Source: Catajapyx aquilonaris (lineage: Eukaryota). From it: a DNA stretch of 63,447 nt. Below are positions 25,525-37,600 of this stretch, piece by piece. The translations under genes were made by a program, and so were the position numbers. Under the pieces are notes generated by a model. It had not been told where the DNA came from and did no database searches. It saw nothing but the letters and a program-made list of their open reading frames with translations. Position 1 is the first letter of the stretch; each line of letters opens with the position of its first letter. Where the stretch lies: NCBI GenBank assembly GCA_000934665.2, contig KZ538536.1, positions 1 to 63,447 on the forward strand. The letters are read 5' to 3'.

Positions 25525-25805
25525 ATAACACCGTCCCCATTATGCCAAAATAATATCACTAACTTGAAAGACCTACGTTCAACCGGATCAGGAAAAAAAC
25601 CTCAATTTCTACTACTACCAGTTAAGAAATTCTCCTCGCCAAAACTGTCCAAGTAGTACCGTATCCTTCACATAGATGATGCAGAGAATAAATGCCTCGT
25701 CAAGGTACAATTTGCTAATTAAGCCAAAATACTATTGCTAATTGCCTCCCAAGCTTCTTAAGAAATATTTATTATTATTACTCATTATAGATGCCGAAAC
25801 TGAAT

Positions 25806-26065
25806 AATAATAATAATAATGGATACCCCGTGATAGGCCCCTTGGGCATCTTAGGGGATCATCTTTTGAATAACCGACTTTAATCATTTGCCTGTACCGT
25901 GATGGATTTTGATAGTGGGAGGAAACGGGAGAACCCCGAGAAAACCGGAGAGAACCCATCGAAACTCTATCCACATAAGTATCAATCCGTCCGACCCGGG
26001 GATCGAACTCGGGACCTTAGAGGTGGAAGGCTGCGGCGCTAACCACTTGGCCACCGTGTCGCCCT
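25806..26065 (-). mobile_element. tRNA-derived SINE with a V-domain-like core
   Basis: Minus strand: A box TGGCCAAGTGG, B box GAGTTCGATCCC, core GGTTTTCTCGGGGTTCTCCCGTTTCCTCCCAC, (TTA)n tail. 12-bp TSD CCGAAACTGAAT at 25794-25805 and 26066-26077. Confidence 0.9.
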
Positions 26066-26434
26066 CCGAAACTGAATGTAGTACCGTATCCCTCACATAC
26101 ATGGCACGGAACATTTAAAAAAGGCTCGTCGAGGTAGACGTTGTTAATTAGGTTTCCGTCCAATCTTATCTAGAGAAATTATTGTTGAGCCGAAACTGTC
26201 CGTGTAGTACCATATCCCTCACATAGATAGCACATGGACAGAGTCGCAGACTCAAGCCAATTTTACATATAAACCTGGACAAGAAGTGTTCTTAAGTGTA
26301 CTGTTGGCTGTAAACGTTCCGTGCGAATGTGAGCGTACCTTTATGTACAGGTTATGTCATTTACTTTTCTTGCATTGATTTTAAACTGTGGTTCCTTCTG
26401 CCCTCTTTTTTTGGGGGGTGGGTAGAATATTCAC

Positions 26435-26690
26435 CTGTTTGTGGGCCGGGCCTCTTGAGCTGCGGGTCGACCGACTATTCCCTCCTCCGGACGGCAAGGA
26501 CCAGCTCTCGTTGCTGCCCATCCGACGGGGAACAGGCCGGATGCGATGGTTTTTGATGGGCGATCCCGGCCCCTCCAAAAAATTGTATTAAAAACAGAAA
26601 ATAGAACCCCAAAAAAATGGACTGCGAGACGAACACCGAAAAAAAAAAATTATATTTCACGTCAATCGACCTCTTCCGGACGCCATCTTG
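26435..26690 (-). promoter_or_regulatory. Probable first non-coding exon/TSS region of USP46
   Basis: CpG-rich stretch with an AAGATGGCG (YY1-like) motif at ~26681-26689 and a donor CAG|GTGAAT at 26435/26434. It is divergent from the centrin gene. Inferred. Confidence 0.45.
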
Positions 26691-27424
26691 AAAAATATTC
26701 GGGAACCGAAAAGGAAGCTACAGAAAAAAAAATGCAGCCCAGGTCGTTACTCTTTCAGTTTTACACCGATTTTAGATTTAAATTAAATTGACGTGCTGGT
26801 TACATGTGTGCGCAATTATATTTAATTGAACGTCATGTTTTTGTTGGTGTATTGAACTGTGGGGTGAGTCCGAATTGTGGGGACGGAGCAGTCGTTTTGG
26901 ACCAATCAGGAATCAGGAGTAGAAACATGGCGGCGATCGCGTTTACACTGCCATGATGTTCAGACTACGCATGCGTTAATGCACGTTCTGCTCCATAATT
27001 GGCTGATCATTCTGTCATGCCTTCTCCTTATTGGCGGCTGTGGAACTGCTTGCACATGTAAGCTACTTTAAATATTAACACCTGCCAGTTTCATACTGAC
27101 ATAATACGCATGCGTGCTCACATCCGATTGGCTCTAAATTGAAACCATCTTTGATGTTATTGGTCCGTTTTAACCAATTCATAAATAGTAATGGTCAGTA
27201 TCGTTCATCAACAACACTTGATAGTAATATGATTATGATGGTATCGTCTTCTGAAATGGAACAGTTGATCTCAATTTTAATTTATCAATAACTCGTCCAA
27301 AATTGTTCGCTAAGAAAAATTGGTAAGCACATTACTTAGGTAATATCTTAGTCTTTAAATTGTAAGCAGCAATTACGTAAAATTGTACCGCATTTTTAGA
27401 CAAGCCTTGTTTTCAGTGCGGTAC

Positions 27425-27425
<1 letters not shown>

Positions 27426-27478
<53 letters not shown>
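27426..27478. repeat. (AAT)n microsatellite
   Basis: Directly visible. Confidence 0.95.
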
Positions 27479-27675
27479 GGGTAGTGCTGACCTCATGAGA
27501 GGTATTGCATGGACTTTTTATTTTTAGTACATACTTTCAGTACATCACAAGTCGTAACGACATGCTCAACAAGTACATTTAGGTAGTAATATCATCGATA
27601 ATTAGGTCGGAAAAGTGGCTTACTAGTCTCTGAGTTAATTACAGCACTGTACGTAACGGTCATTTCAGAGCAGCA

Positions 27676-28689
27676 ATGGCGAACAGCGGGAGGAAGCTGA
27701 AGCGACATAGGACTCTGCCTGAGGAGAAGGTGCGAGAGATCCACGATGCGTTTGCTGCATTCGACATGCACGATAATGGTTACCTGGAGTACTCTGAGTT
27801 CAAGAGTGCGCTCAGAGCACTGGGCTTCAAGGTGACCAAAGTCGATGCGCTGAAAATGATCGAGACATACGACAAGAGCAAGCGGAGCAGGATATCGCAG
27901 CAGGACTTCCGTGACATTGGTACGTCCTGCGATAAGCCGGTAATGCAGCCCAGTACATATTTTCTTCATTGCAGCGACTGAGATGATGTTGCAGCAGGAT
28001 CCGAAGGAAGATACGATAGCTGCGTTCCAGCTCTTCCTGGAGTACTGTCCCAACACTGACAAGATCAGTGTGCAGCATTTGCGGCGCATCGCCCAAGAGC
28101 TGGGCGAGAAGGTGACTGAGGAGGAGCTGCAGTCTATGATTGACGAGTTCGATGTGGATGGCGACGGACTGAGTATGACATGCGTACTTGTAGTTCACAC
28201 TTCAATTTCTCTATGTACCTGCATACGTCACATGCACTATGCGGTAATTACATGACAGTTCAGCTAACCGATGTCACCCTCTAATCTCGGAGCTCTGGGT
28301 AGCTGGTATGAGAAACTAAAGTGCGGTTTCACACCAACGTCATCAGAAATCACCAGAAACCAACCAGGATTTGAGAAAAAAAACCTGTATCGGAAAATGT
28401 CGCTAGAAGTGCAACGGAATTCATGTCCACCACTGTACCTCATGACCTTGGAACTGGGGGGGCGGGGGGAGCAGATTAGAAAATTCAAAGTATTTTTTTC
28501 TTGGCGTAATTAAGCCAAGTGCCAATTTTCATTCACATCAGTAGTAGAGGGTGACGTTTTATTTAATTTTGCTTGAACTGTCATGGAATTACCCGATGTA
28601 GGAACTTTATAACATTAGAGTCATTAACTTCTCTTTCAGTCAATGAGGAGGAATTCGTCTGCCTGATGCTGAACAATGCTCACATTTGA
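27676..28689 (+). CDS. CETN3: Centrin (centrin-3-like EF-hand protein), 163 aa
   Basis: Exons 27676-27919, 27975-28172, 28640-28689 (phase-1 introns). Motifs [28 protein letters not shown] and [18 protein letters not shown] fit the centrin-3/Cdc31 subfamily best. Confidence 0.85.
28242..28594. mobile_element. MITE with GGGTAATTCCATGACAGTTCA-type TIRs (Sola2-like) in centrin intron 2
   Basis: cggtaattacatgacagttca ... tgaactgtcatggaattaccc; 4-bp flanks tatg/gatg. Confidence 0.7.
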
Positions 28690-29194
28690 GCGTTTGGTCA
28701 TCACTTTCTTCGAGCTTAAGATGTGGCCTATATAGGTGAGAAGAACAATTCATGGTGCAGTTGAGCCACTTGTGCCTAACTGGAAGATTTCACATATTTT
28801 ACGATGGCTTAGTCCAGCGGACCTAGTCACTGAAGCTCAAAAGATCATTACATACTCGCATAATTGCAATAAATCATGTCCATTTTGTGTTTGTAACCCA
28901 TTGCGTGTGTATATGTTGGGTGAATACTATGTGCTGTTCAATCGTCTGTTGTAATGGCACTGTATGTGCAAAATAGCTTAAAGACTTTTTACAAGCTTGT
29001 GAAAAAGTCACAACACTTTCTATCCCATCTTGGGGCAACGAGCATATTATGTGTGAATTCCAGTAGTATGTGGTAAAGGAGCTGTTTTTTAAATGTTTTG
29101 TAATTTATTTCAGAGTGAATATATTGCTTTGTGATTTTTTACAAACGCTTATTCTTGCTAAGGTGAGATACTTGCACGGTCTCAAAAAGGATGT

Positions 29195-30039
29195 GGGCAA
29201 TTCTGCGGAAAAGGGGACATGAGATGTAATTTTTCAATCTCGAAGAAAGTAGAATTTAAGCACATAAAGAGCAGGAATGGAATCCATAGCTTTGTTTTCC
29301 ATATTACTTTCCGATACTTTCATCCCCAGTGGCCCAGAATCCTGTGCTTTTCAAAGCACGCCCTCACTGGTTTCCGCGCATGTAACGTGCATTGCCATTG
29401 TGTCGCTCGCTGTAGTGGACTTATGAAAGAAGAGGGACATTACTGTTTTTTATCATGTCAAAAACAAGGAAGTGACCTATGATCGACCCGTATCACTTTC
29501 TACGGCCATATCAAAATGTGCCACTTTTAAGTGTTGGTGCGTTATGAACTTTTTCGAATAATTGGCTGTGTGCGTCTGCTTTTTCGGATCCTTCGTGAGA
29601 CTAGACCATTCCTCATTTATGCAAAATTTCATTCACATGGGACGTTTTGACCTTGGTATATCAGCATAATGCACCAACCCAACACCAGCATTTGCCACCA
29701 TCTATGTTTTGCCTCATCCCACAGAAACCCGGAGACACGTTCGCATGCCCTCAAAAGAGCATGGCATGAGTCCGAAAGGCCAACGACGATCCGCTTTGGG
29801 TATGTCGATCTTCGATGTCCATCCTTGCAATTGTGGATACCCCTCTGCATGCCTGCATCACTGGTTGCCAGAGTCAGGCAGTTGAGCAACGGTATAGTAG
29901 TGCGAGCCCCTGGTCGTGGCAACCAGCAATGCAGGGATGCACGGGGGTATCCACAATTATTGCAAGAATGAACATTGTCAAAGATCACAAGCTCTAAAAA
30001 CAGCTTGCGATTGTTGGTGTGTTATGCGTGGAATTGCCC
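29195..30039. mobile_element. Non-autonomous DNA transposon with GGGCAATTC termini and 4-bp TSD (Sola2-like)
   Basis: atgt|GGGCAATTC ... GAATTGCCC|atgt. Confidence 0.65.
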
Positions 30040-30202
30040 ATGTGTTGCAGTATCGGTTTCAGCTCGGCTCATGATAATTTTTAGTGGGATTGTTTCCAAT
30101 AATACATTATGAAACGTTAAACATTCCATAGGTTGGGTACACTACAGTCATCCGGTAGCATTGTCCAGGTTGAGATCATTGTTGCCATCTTTCAGTTGAA
30201 AA

Positions 30203-30260
30203 CAGGCAGTCCTCGGTTTAAGAACGACCCGACTTATGACGATCCGTACTTATGAACGGG
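30203..30260 (+). mobile_element. pogo/Tigger-like terminal fragment
   Basis: CAGGCAGTCCTCGGTTTAAGAAC...CGACTTATGAC...CGTACTTATGAAC resembles a pogo-type TIR with subterminal repeats. No partner end was found. Confidence 0.4.
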
Positions 30261-31114
30261 CTTCCAAGGTTCCAACGAAAGAAAATTTCGAATTATTCCT
30301 CCACTTCTAATCACGTCTGCGTACGTTGACCGACATCAAGTTCAACATAAATGCTAATTAATAATTGAATATTCGCTAACTGAAACAGTTATTTCAATTG
30401 GAACCTCCTGCACTATTTTGTCCCCCTGAAAAAGAGATTTCTACAGGGTCCAGACTGTCAAATACGCGTAGAGTGAATAAATTTATACGACCTGGTGAAA
30501 TAGAGCCTTTACGGGCAGAAAATGTGTGTTAGAGACTAATATGTATGAATAATAAAAATATAGCCTAGTGTGAATCATATGGAAAATTCCAACTGAATCA
30601 CCATTGCAAGTTTCATCCTGTGAGGCTGGCTTCCCGCGTTTCAAGAGAGTCGCATGGGTAGCTCTTAACAGTCAGGATAACATTCTGTACTGTTGGTTGT
30701 ACTGTACAGTACTTGAGATCTAACACTACATGTTTCAGCTAAAGTCACTTTTTTAATCCAACACACTTACAGTACCTACAAACCATGTAAAAAAATTTAA
30801 AACATAGCTGTGTAACTGCTGCTTTGTACCATAATAATATAACTTCAAATTACGTTGTCACAATTATTCCTTAGCAGTGAGCTCAAAATTAAATCAGATC
30901 AAATGCATTTAATAATAATACCAGTGAAGCCTGTCTGAAATGAATCTGAATGATAATGGAAAATTTCCCATTACAACAATCTAGAATCAGGTGGAGATTA
31001 TTCGGTGTTTCTGCCACACGTAGCAAAACTGTTTATTGTACTAGCAGCATGATGATGAAGTTCCATCGTACACATATTTCTCTGCATAAATCATTCAAAT
31101 GTTTTGCTCATCAG

Positions 31115-33235
31115 TTAGTCAAATGATGGTAACACAAATTTCTGCAGAGCGTCGACAATGTCAACTTCATCAGCATTCATCTCAACAATAGGCAGGGAGC
31201 TAATCTGGCTTGAAATCTGGTCCACCAACTGGTCAGGTGCATCAGGATTCTGTTCACTGTTTTCCGGTTCTACAATAGAATCATCGATCATTACCTCTAT
31301 CATCTCCTCACTGTGAGCATTCATTTGACCGTGAAGAGCATCACCCTCTCCCTTGCCATTCTTGGCATGCATTTGACCACCCTGCTTCCCACCCCATTTC
31401 CTTTTCCTAACCAGTTCCCTTTCAACCTCCTGACATTGCTCAAGACTCTTCCATCTTTGCACCAAATCAGTTCCACATTGATCTAGTGTTGTTTGAATGA
31501 ATGGGAACGCTTTGAAGTTTGACACCTTTTCTCCATCCACTGTGTAACACAAACTCAAAAAGCAATCGCGGCATAACCGTGAACAACTACGACTAGTAAA
31601 TTCCAAGCCACAGACTTCCCAAGTTGCCACCTTACTGCCAGTGCACATGTGGCAGTACACGGCCATCTCCTGACGCCTGTGCAGGATTACCGGATAACTT
31701 GATATCTTGGGGCTGTCACTGGGATGCATCAACCTGAACATGAGTCCATAATCAGAGTGCATTCTTGGTTTGTGAACATTACGCACTTACCGAACATCTG
31801 CGATCTCAATCTTGTGATTGCAAGTCCCATTTAGATGGACGTAATCATAAGGGAAGCCAAGAAAGCATATCAGATCTTTGAAGCAGGTTTCCTCCATCTT
31901 GGCCTTTTGAAGTGGAACCTTGATCTTACGTCCATCATGTTTTGTAATGATTGGAGGTTCCTCCAGTTCCCAAGCATTGATATTACGGTGATCACCATAA
32001 AATATTCCATTTATGTAGAGAAAGGCTGATGGATATTCATTCTGTTGGTTACAGTGATTGTCATTCTTATTGAAGACCAGAAAACCAAAGTACACATGAT
32101 AAGTGATTAGTTCTAAAGTCATGTGCATTCAGGATGAGCATCCGGTGGTATCTTTTTATAAAAGACATCACTGGATACATCCTGAATGCACATCTGCAAG
32201 GGGGTAATCACTCGACTGAAAAGTGTACACTGGAGTACCAAATTCAAGGAGTACCACGGAGTAATAAAGAGTGAGGTGCCTGAGGAGTACCAGGGAGTAC
32301 CACTCCCAGGTGTACACCGGAATACCGAAGTGATTACCCCCTTGCACATCTGTCCAGAAGCATTACAATGCAGTGCAACAATTATTTGTACTTAACTCAC
32401 TAGTTAACTAAGGAATTACCTTCAACAGCACGGGTTCCTTCGACAGGTCCTCGGAGACATCATTGGTGACAAAGTTGTCACTACTGCACGATATTATGTC
32501 TCGTAATGCTGTCAGCTTCTGGCTGCCCAAGAACGAAAACATACTGTCCAATTGGTGGCTGCAGAGAATAATTGGGAAGAAAATTATGCTGCAGAGCACT
32601 GAAGTTTCACATGTTTGTGGCGGAAACCAACAAAACATACTTAGCTGATGGAATTTTAGCATTCCGTCCATGGTACACAGCAATTGTCACAACCACTTCT
32701 GTGTCTGGAATATTGTCCTCACCATCACTCAGTCTGTCCTGTAACAGAAGAATACACCATGCAATATTGCTAAAATGTAGGCACACAATGTGGCCCTTGT
32801 GAACATGCCAGTCTGTGAGAAATATGTGGTGAAATCTACTTCCCTTTCCAAATAGTATCTCTGATGGTGTTGATTTTTGACTCATGAGTATAGTGAAAAT
32901 GTAAATGTAATATCAGTCATAACTTATCTCCAACGTTGCATCCAACGAGTGTTATACCTGATTGATCCCATCACAGTTGTGGGACATGACTGCCATCCGT
33001 CCCTGGCTCTCAACCATACAGCTCCAGAGCGTCGCGTACACCTCTCTTTCCTCATTAGTAATCCTAGTAGATGGCAAACTACAGTACTCCTGACGAGCTG
33101 TGCTTTTCTCCTCGTCGTCCTCATGATACACCTTCCTACAGGCACAACAACACACGAAATTAACAGCAAAAGCACCACACAGGTTTACTCCTAGTGAAAC
33201 ATGCAGTCGATGTCTCAAAAAATGGTGCTATATAT

Positions 33236-33300
<65 letters not shown>

Positions 33301-33369
33301 TTACTACTACTACCACCACCACCATACTATTGCTGCTGCTGCTACTACAATAGTATGATGGTAGTAGTA

Positions 33370-33428
<59 letters not shown>

Positions 33429-33444
33429 TATGCTCCCTGGTACC

Positions 33445-33477
<33 letters not shown>

Positions 33478-33493
33478 TATGCTCCCTGGTACC

Positions 33494-33526
<33 letters not shown>

Positions 33527-33542
33527 TATGCTCCCTGGTACC

Positions 33543-33578
<36 letters not shown>

Positions 33579-33982
33579 CATGCTCCCTGGTACCGTAGTA
33601 GTAGTAGTAGTAGTAGTAGCATATAACTACATAAGAGGCGCAAACATTCGATTTCCGCTTCTCTCTGTTTGGGGTGTTGCCAAGGCTGGCGGCCATTTTG
33701 AAGTGGGGGCAACGCCAACGAGGTATAAATATAGGGTACAGGCAAAAATAGGGTCCGCCATCTTCGATTCGCGCGTGTTCTTGCCGTGTAGTTGCCACGG
33801 CCGCCAAAACCATCAAAGATGGCGGACCCTATTTTTGCCTGTAGCCTATTTATACCTCGTTGACGTTGTCCCCACTTCAAAATGTCCGCCAGCCTTTGGC
33901 AACGGTCCCAAACAGAGAGACACGGAAATCAAAGGCGCTGACCGAAGTTTGCGCCTCTCATGTAGTATATGCTCCCTGACGG

Positions 33983-34046
<64 letters not shown>

Positions 34047-34293
34047 GTTCTTATTGATGTTGTTATTAGTATTAGTATTATTCCGTGGCTGACCTGGTGA
34101 GATCAATGATGTGTTGGGCGATTCTAAGGCGACGCATCTCTGGCACACCATCAGCGTCCCTTACTTCCAGCCCAGTCCTCTGGAGCCTCCACGCAATGTC
34201 CCCTGCCTTTCCCCCGCTGCATATCCTGGGTTCCCCCTTCCAAGGATCGCCCAGCCTCACTGGACTGGGCCAGATGATCATCGGGTGCCTCAT
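31115..34293 (-). CDS. SNAPC3: snRNA-activating protein complex subunit 3 (SNAP50/PBP49), ~494 aa
   Basis: Exons 34293-34094 (least certain), 33135-32958, 32738-32641, 32558-32420, 32041-31791, 31733-31115; all phases are compatible. Motifs LGSQKLTALRDIISCSSD, YPSAFLYINGIFYGD, LGFPYDYVHLNGTCNH, DVRL, CHMC...LCRDCF..LCY..DGEKV.NFKAFPF. Confidence 0.9.
32197..32344 (+). mobile_element. 148-bp MITE, family A, in a SNAPC3 intron
   Basis: TIRs CAAGGGGGTAATCACT/AGTGATTACCCCCTTG; perfect 8-bp TSD CACATCTG at 32189-32196 and 32345-32352. Confidence 0.93.
33236..34045. repeat. (CTA)n/(TAG)n microsatellite complex containing a palindromic P-like MITE (~33618-33978) and four inverted copies of its left junction
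   Basis: (CTA)n 33236-33312; (TAG)n 33361-33619 interrupted by TA(T/C)ATGCTCCCTGGTACCGT at 33427, 33476, 33525 and 33577; an imperfect ~360-bp palindrome ending GTAGTATATGCTCCCTG|ACGGTAC; then (CTA)n to ~34045. Confidence 0.9.
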
Positions 34294-34685
34294 TCCGGAT
34301 GCCTCTGGCCGGTCCAGGATCACAACTACAACTACTGAGCCGAACAAAGAAAAGGAACGTTCTATTGCCCGATCTACTCTCCAGACGCATCCGACACGGT
34401 TGCCAGATGCCAGACAGTGTTGCCAGACTGGTCTGATGCAACGTGGCAGGGTCGCATCAAAGGCGTGGTCCTGTTGGCAACACTGTAGTACATGCACTGG
34501 CCCGCATGTACAGTCGGTACGAGCTTCTCGTACACCCAACAAAGTGAGTATGACCTGCTCGTTCGACCTGTGACCACGATGCTGACCCATACCCTTTCAG
34601 CAGGCACCTAAAGGTACAAAGGGACGCGCCAAAGAATTGCTGGGGACGCGCTGCAGTCGACCGCCATCTTTATTATCTTCGAACA

Positions 34686-37600
34686 ATGGCTGCTGGCTTC
34701 CCGAGTGGCTCCGACGACCTGGCTATGAATAAGGACCGTGCCCAGCAGAAGAATGAAGGAGCCCCGAAGAGGGTGACCCAGAGGTTCGAGATTGACCTGT
34801 CTGACTGCAAGAACGAGCTGGGGTACGCAGATATCAACTTCAAGACTCTCGTGGAACAGAGGGAAGCAGAACAAGGTATGAAGAACCCAACAGAATGTTT
34901 CAGATATATTGATGGACTCGGCATATTGTGGCCGATTGTTTGTTCCCAGTGCATAAGGACTGAGAAGCTTATTCATTAATACAGGGTGTCCCAAAAGTCT
35001 GGACACATGTAACTGCGTTGTAGGCCCTAGTGTTGGTTGACAACTGGGAATATACAATAGCCTGTGTCCAGACTTTTGAGTCACCCTGTAGAACATTTTT
35101 TTAGCAGGCAATTATTCCACAACATACAGGTTCCACTGTAATAGCTAATTCATACAATCAGGCCACTTTCTTGCAAACCAATGAGGTGTTAGTGGACTGG
35201 GAAACTGACTTCAAAATGTTCCAAACCATAACTGGTCAGGGAAAATTGCAGGTGGATTTTAAAATCCGTATCAAGAAACTTAACAATTGCAAGTTTTTTG
35301 CATGGAAGTTAATAACACTTGAATGAAAACATGGCTAAGTAAGTAAAGTATAGGAACTTCATTAGTATGAGTTTGTTAAAAAATTGGGAAGATAACATAT
35401 TATAATAATTATGCATTAGTAGAACTAAGCAAGACTAGGCTGTATCAAGGGGTAGTTGTATTTATGCAGGTTACGGGTAGGATTAGCCAAAATAATTCAG
35501 GAAAAAATTCAGAATACGTGGAGAAAAATTCAGGTCTCATTCCAATACATAACTGCAGTGATCAATATTATTTCCTTCCTTGCGGTTGGACGTGAATAAG
35601 CAAATATCACATCACATCAGTATGGCCTATCCCATAATTATTATGTTCAGATATGGACATGGTTATGAAAAACAAATGTGGTTTACAACACACTTCTTAA
35701 GTTTAGTAGTAAGAAGAAGCCACAATGCATAAGGAACAGGTGTGGTTAAGACATTAACACATGACCTGGAACATTTCTCCAACATGCTTACATTAGGCTG
35801 TCCGATAGGCAATCAATCAAGACCAAAACGTTTAGAAAATGTTACCCATAGTCTGCTTGACTATGCCTTACTATAATAAATCACACTTTCTCCACCTCCA
35901 AATAGCCTTTATGACCATGTCACTAATGATTTATGAAGGCCATGTTTTAGGGGGGAAAATCACAGTGTCTTACTTTTCTTCCTGGCAGTATTGTAAGCAA
36001 TTACATGGGTTTACACTATCTATACCATCAAAGTACAGCAAGTCCAAAAAAATTCAGTGTATCTTTAACCAACAAAATATTAGGCCAATTATTTGTCATT
36101 CATTTTACTGCTGTTAAGTAAGTGTTAATATTAGTGGAAAGTACAGTATGATAAAAAAACTGAATCCTAGTTTCTAGACACAGTGTAGAACACTGTACAG
36201 CGTAAATTACGTGGGCTTCATTGCAGTCAATGTATTATAATATTATTAACAAAATTGTCAGCCTCTTTTCCTGATGAAAAACTATTTCTGGCTTCTGTGC
36301 AACCAAACCTTTTAACCCTGTAATGCCCCTTGGGTCATATCTGGCACACCATTTTTTTAGTGACATTTGGCACTTACAGGAAAAATATACAGAAAAAATA
36401 TAAAAAATTGCACTAAATGGTGTGCCAGATATGACCCAGGGGGCATTACAGGGTTAAAATATGCCTAAATCTCATAAATTTTTGCCTGCAGTTCTAGTTA
36501 TGAGAGGTTTTATGCATATATTCAATTTAGGTCTTGGGGCACCAAACTCCTTGAAATAAATCTTCTAGATTATATTGTACCAGTTATTAATTGGTGGTTA
36601 GTTTTAGTGTTAGCAATTAATAACAAAGTGATATCCGAACACATTTTGTGTTGCTGACATGGGTGCTCCCTGTCCCAGAGAAGTTTAATTACTGTTATTT
36701 CACATATTGTGGTGAATCCATACTGCAATATTGTCTACAACCTGTAGAGGACTATGACTTACAGATGATGGAGTTTTAGTTGTTCCACTAACAGAGTTAC
36801 ACTTGAATTAATTATGAATATATTATGTTGGTCATGAGTTATGAGTTACCTTAGTCATGTTCCAGGTGGAGCAGATGCATAAAATTGCCAAAACTAGAAC
36901 ATGTACTGTACATCAGTACCAGTACTTCTCTTGGGGACTCAGAAAATAATTTCATAAAAATAATTCTCCTGACAATGGGCTGCACAATATCTAATCTAAT
37001 CTAATGACTTTCTGTACTTGTTAGGTGCCAACAAACCGGTTAAGAATGAGACTGGGGAATCCTCCCAAATCAAGAGTGATTCATTGGGGGATTATGGCCA
37101 CCAGGTGAGGCTTCAGAAGGCCTTACCTAAGCGCCGACTTGAGGACCTGTTAGATGGTGGCGAAGGGTATGATCTGAACGATACAATCATTGACGACTCT
37201 GAGGTGTATGAAGAGGCTCTTCCTGACTACCTGACGACTGCATTAGGTGGTCATTATGTTAACACTGGCCCACTGAAGCTGAAGCGAGTTGAGGATGAGG
37301 TATCAACTATTGAAGAGAAGAATTTTGATATGGAGAAAGTGAAGGATACCGATGATGGCACTGCTAAATTGATGGCAGAAGTTGGGAGCCTTATCCAATC
37401 GGTGGATGGAGACATTATGCCAAAAGCAGGAGGCACAGGTGAATTCGTCACTAGTGGTGGCCCAAAGGTTGTGCCATCCTCTATGCATCAGCATCCATGG
37501 AAGAAAATGCCAACTAGTCCTCTGGCAATCATCCAGAAGAAGAAAAAGCTGGCCATTGAGGGTCTGGCTAAGAATGAGAGCAAGGGTGTGACGAGGAAAC

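Noticed and set aside
25990..26065. tRNA genes here and at ~56400-56470
   Set aside because: A and B boxes are present, but each continues into a SINE body with a tail and TSD; no complete cloverleaf is evident.
33427..33596. 20-bp repeats at ~50-bp spacing as a CRISPR array
   Set aside because: The spacers are pure (TAG)n and the repeat is a MITE terminus plus its TSD.
33215..34151. Poly-Y/L/T/V/S ORFs, and the Y/I-rich ORF at 3920-4237
   Set aside because: Translations of microsatellites.
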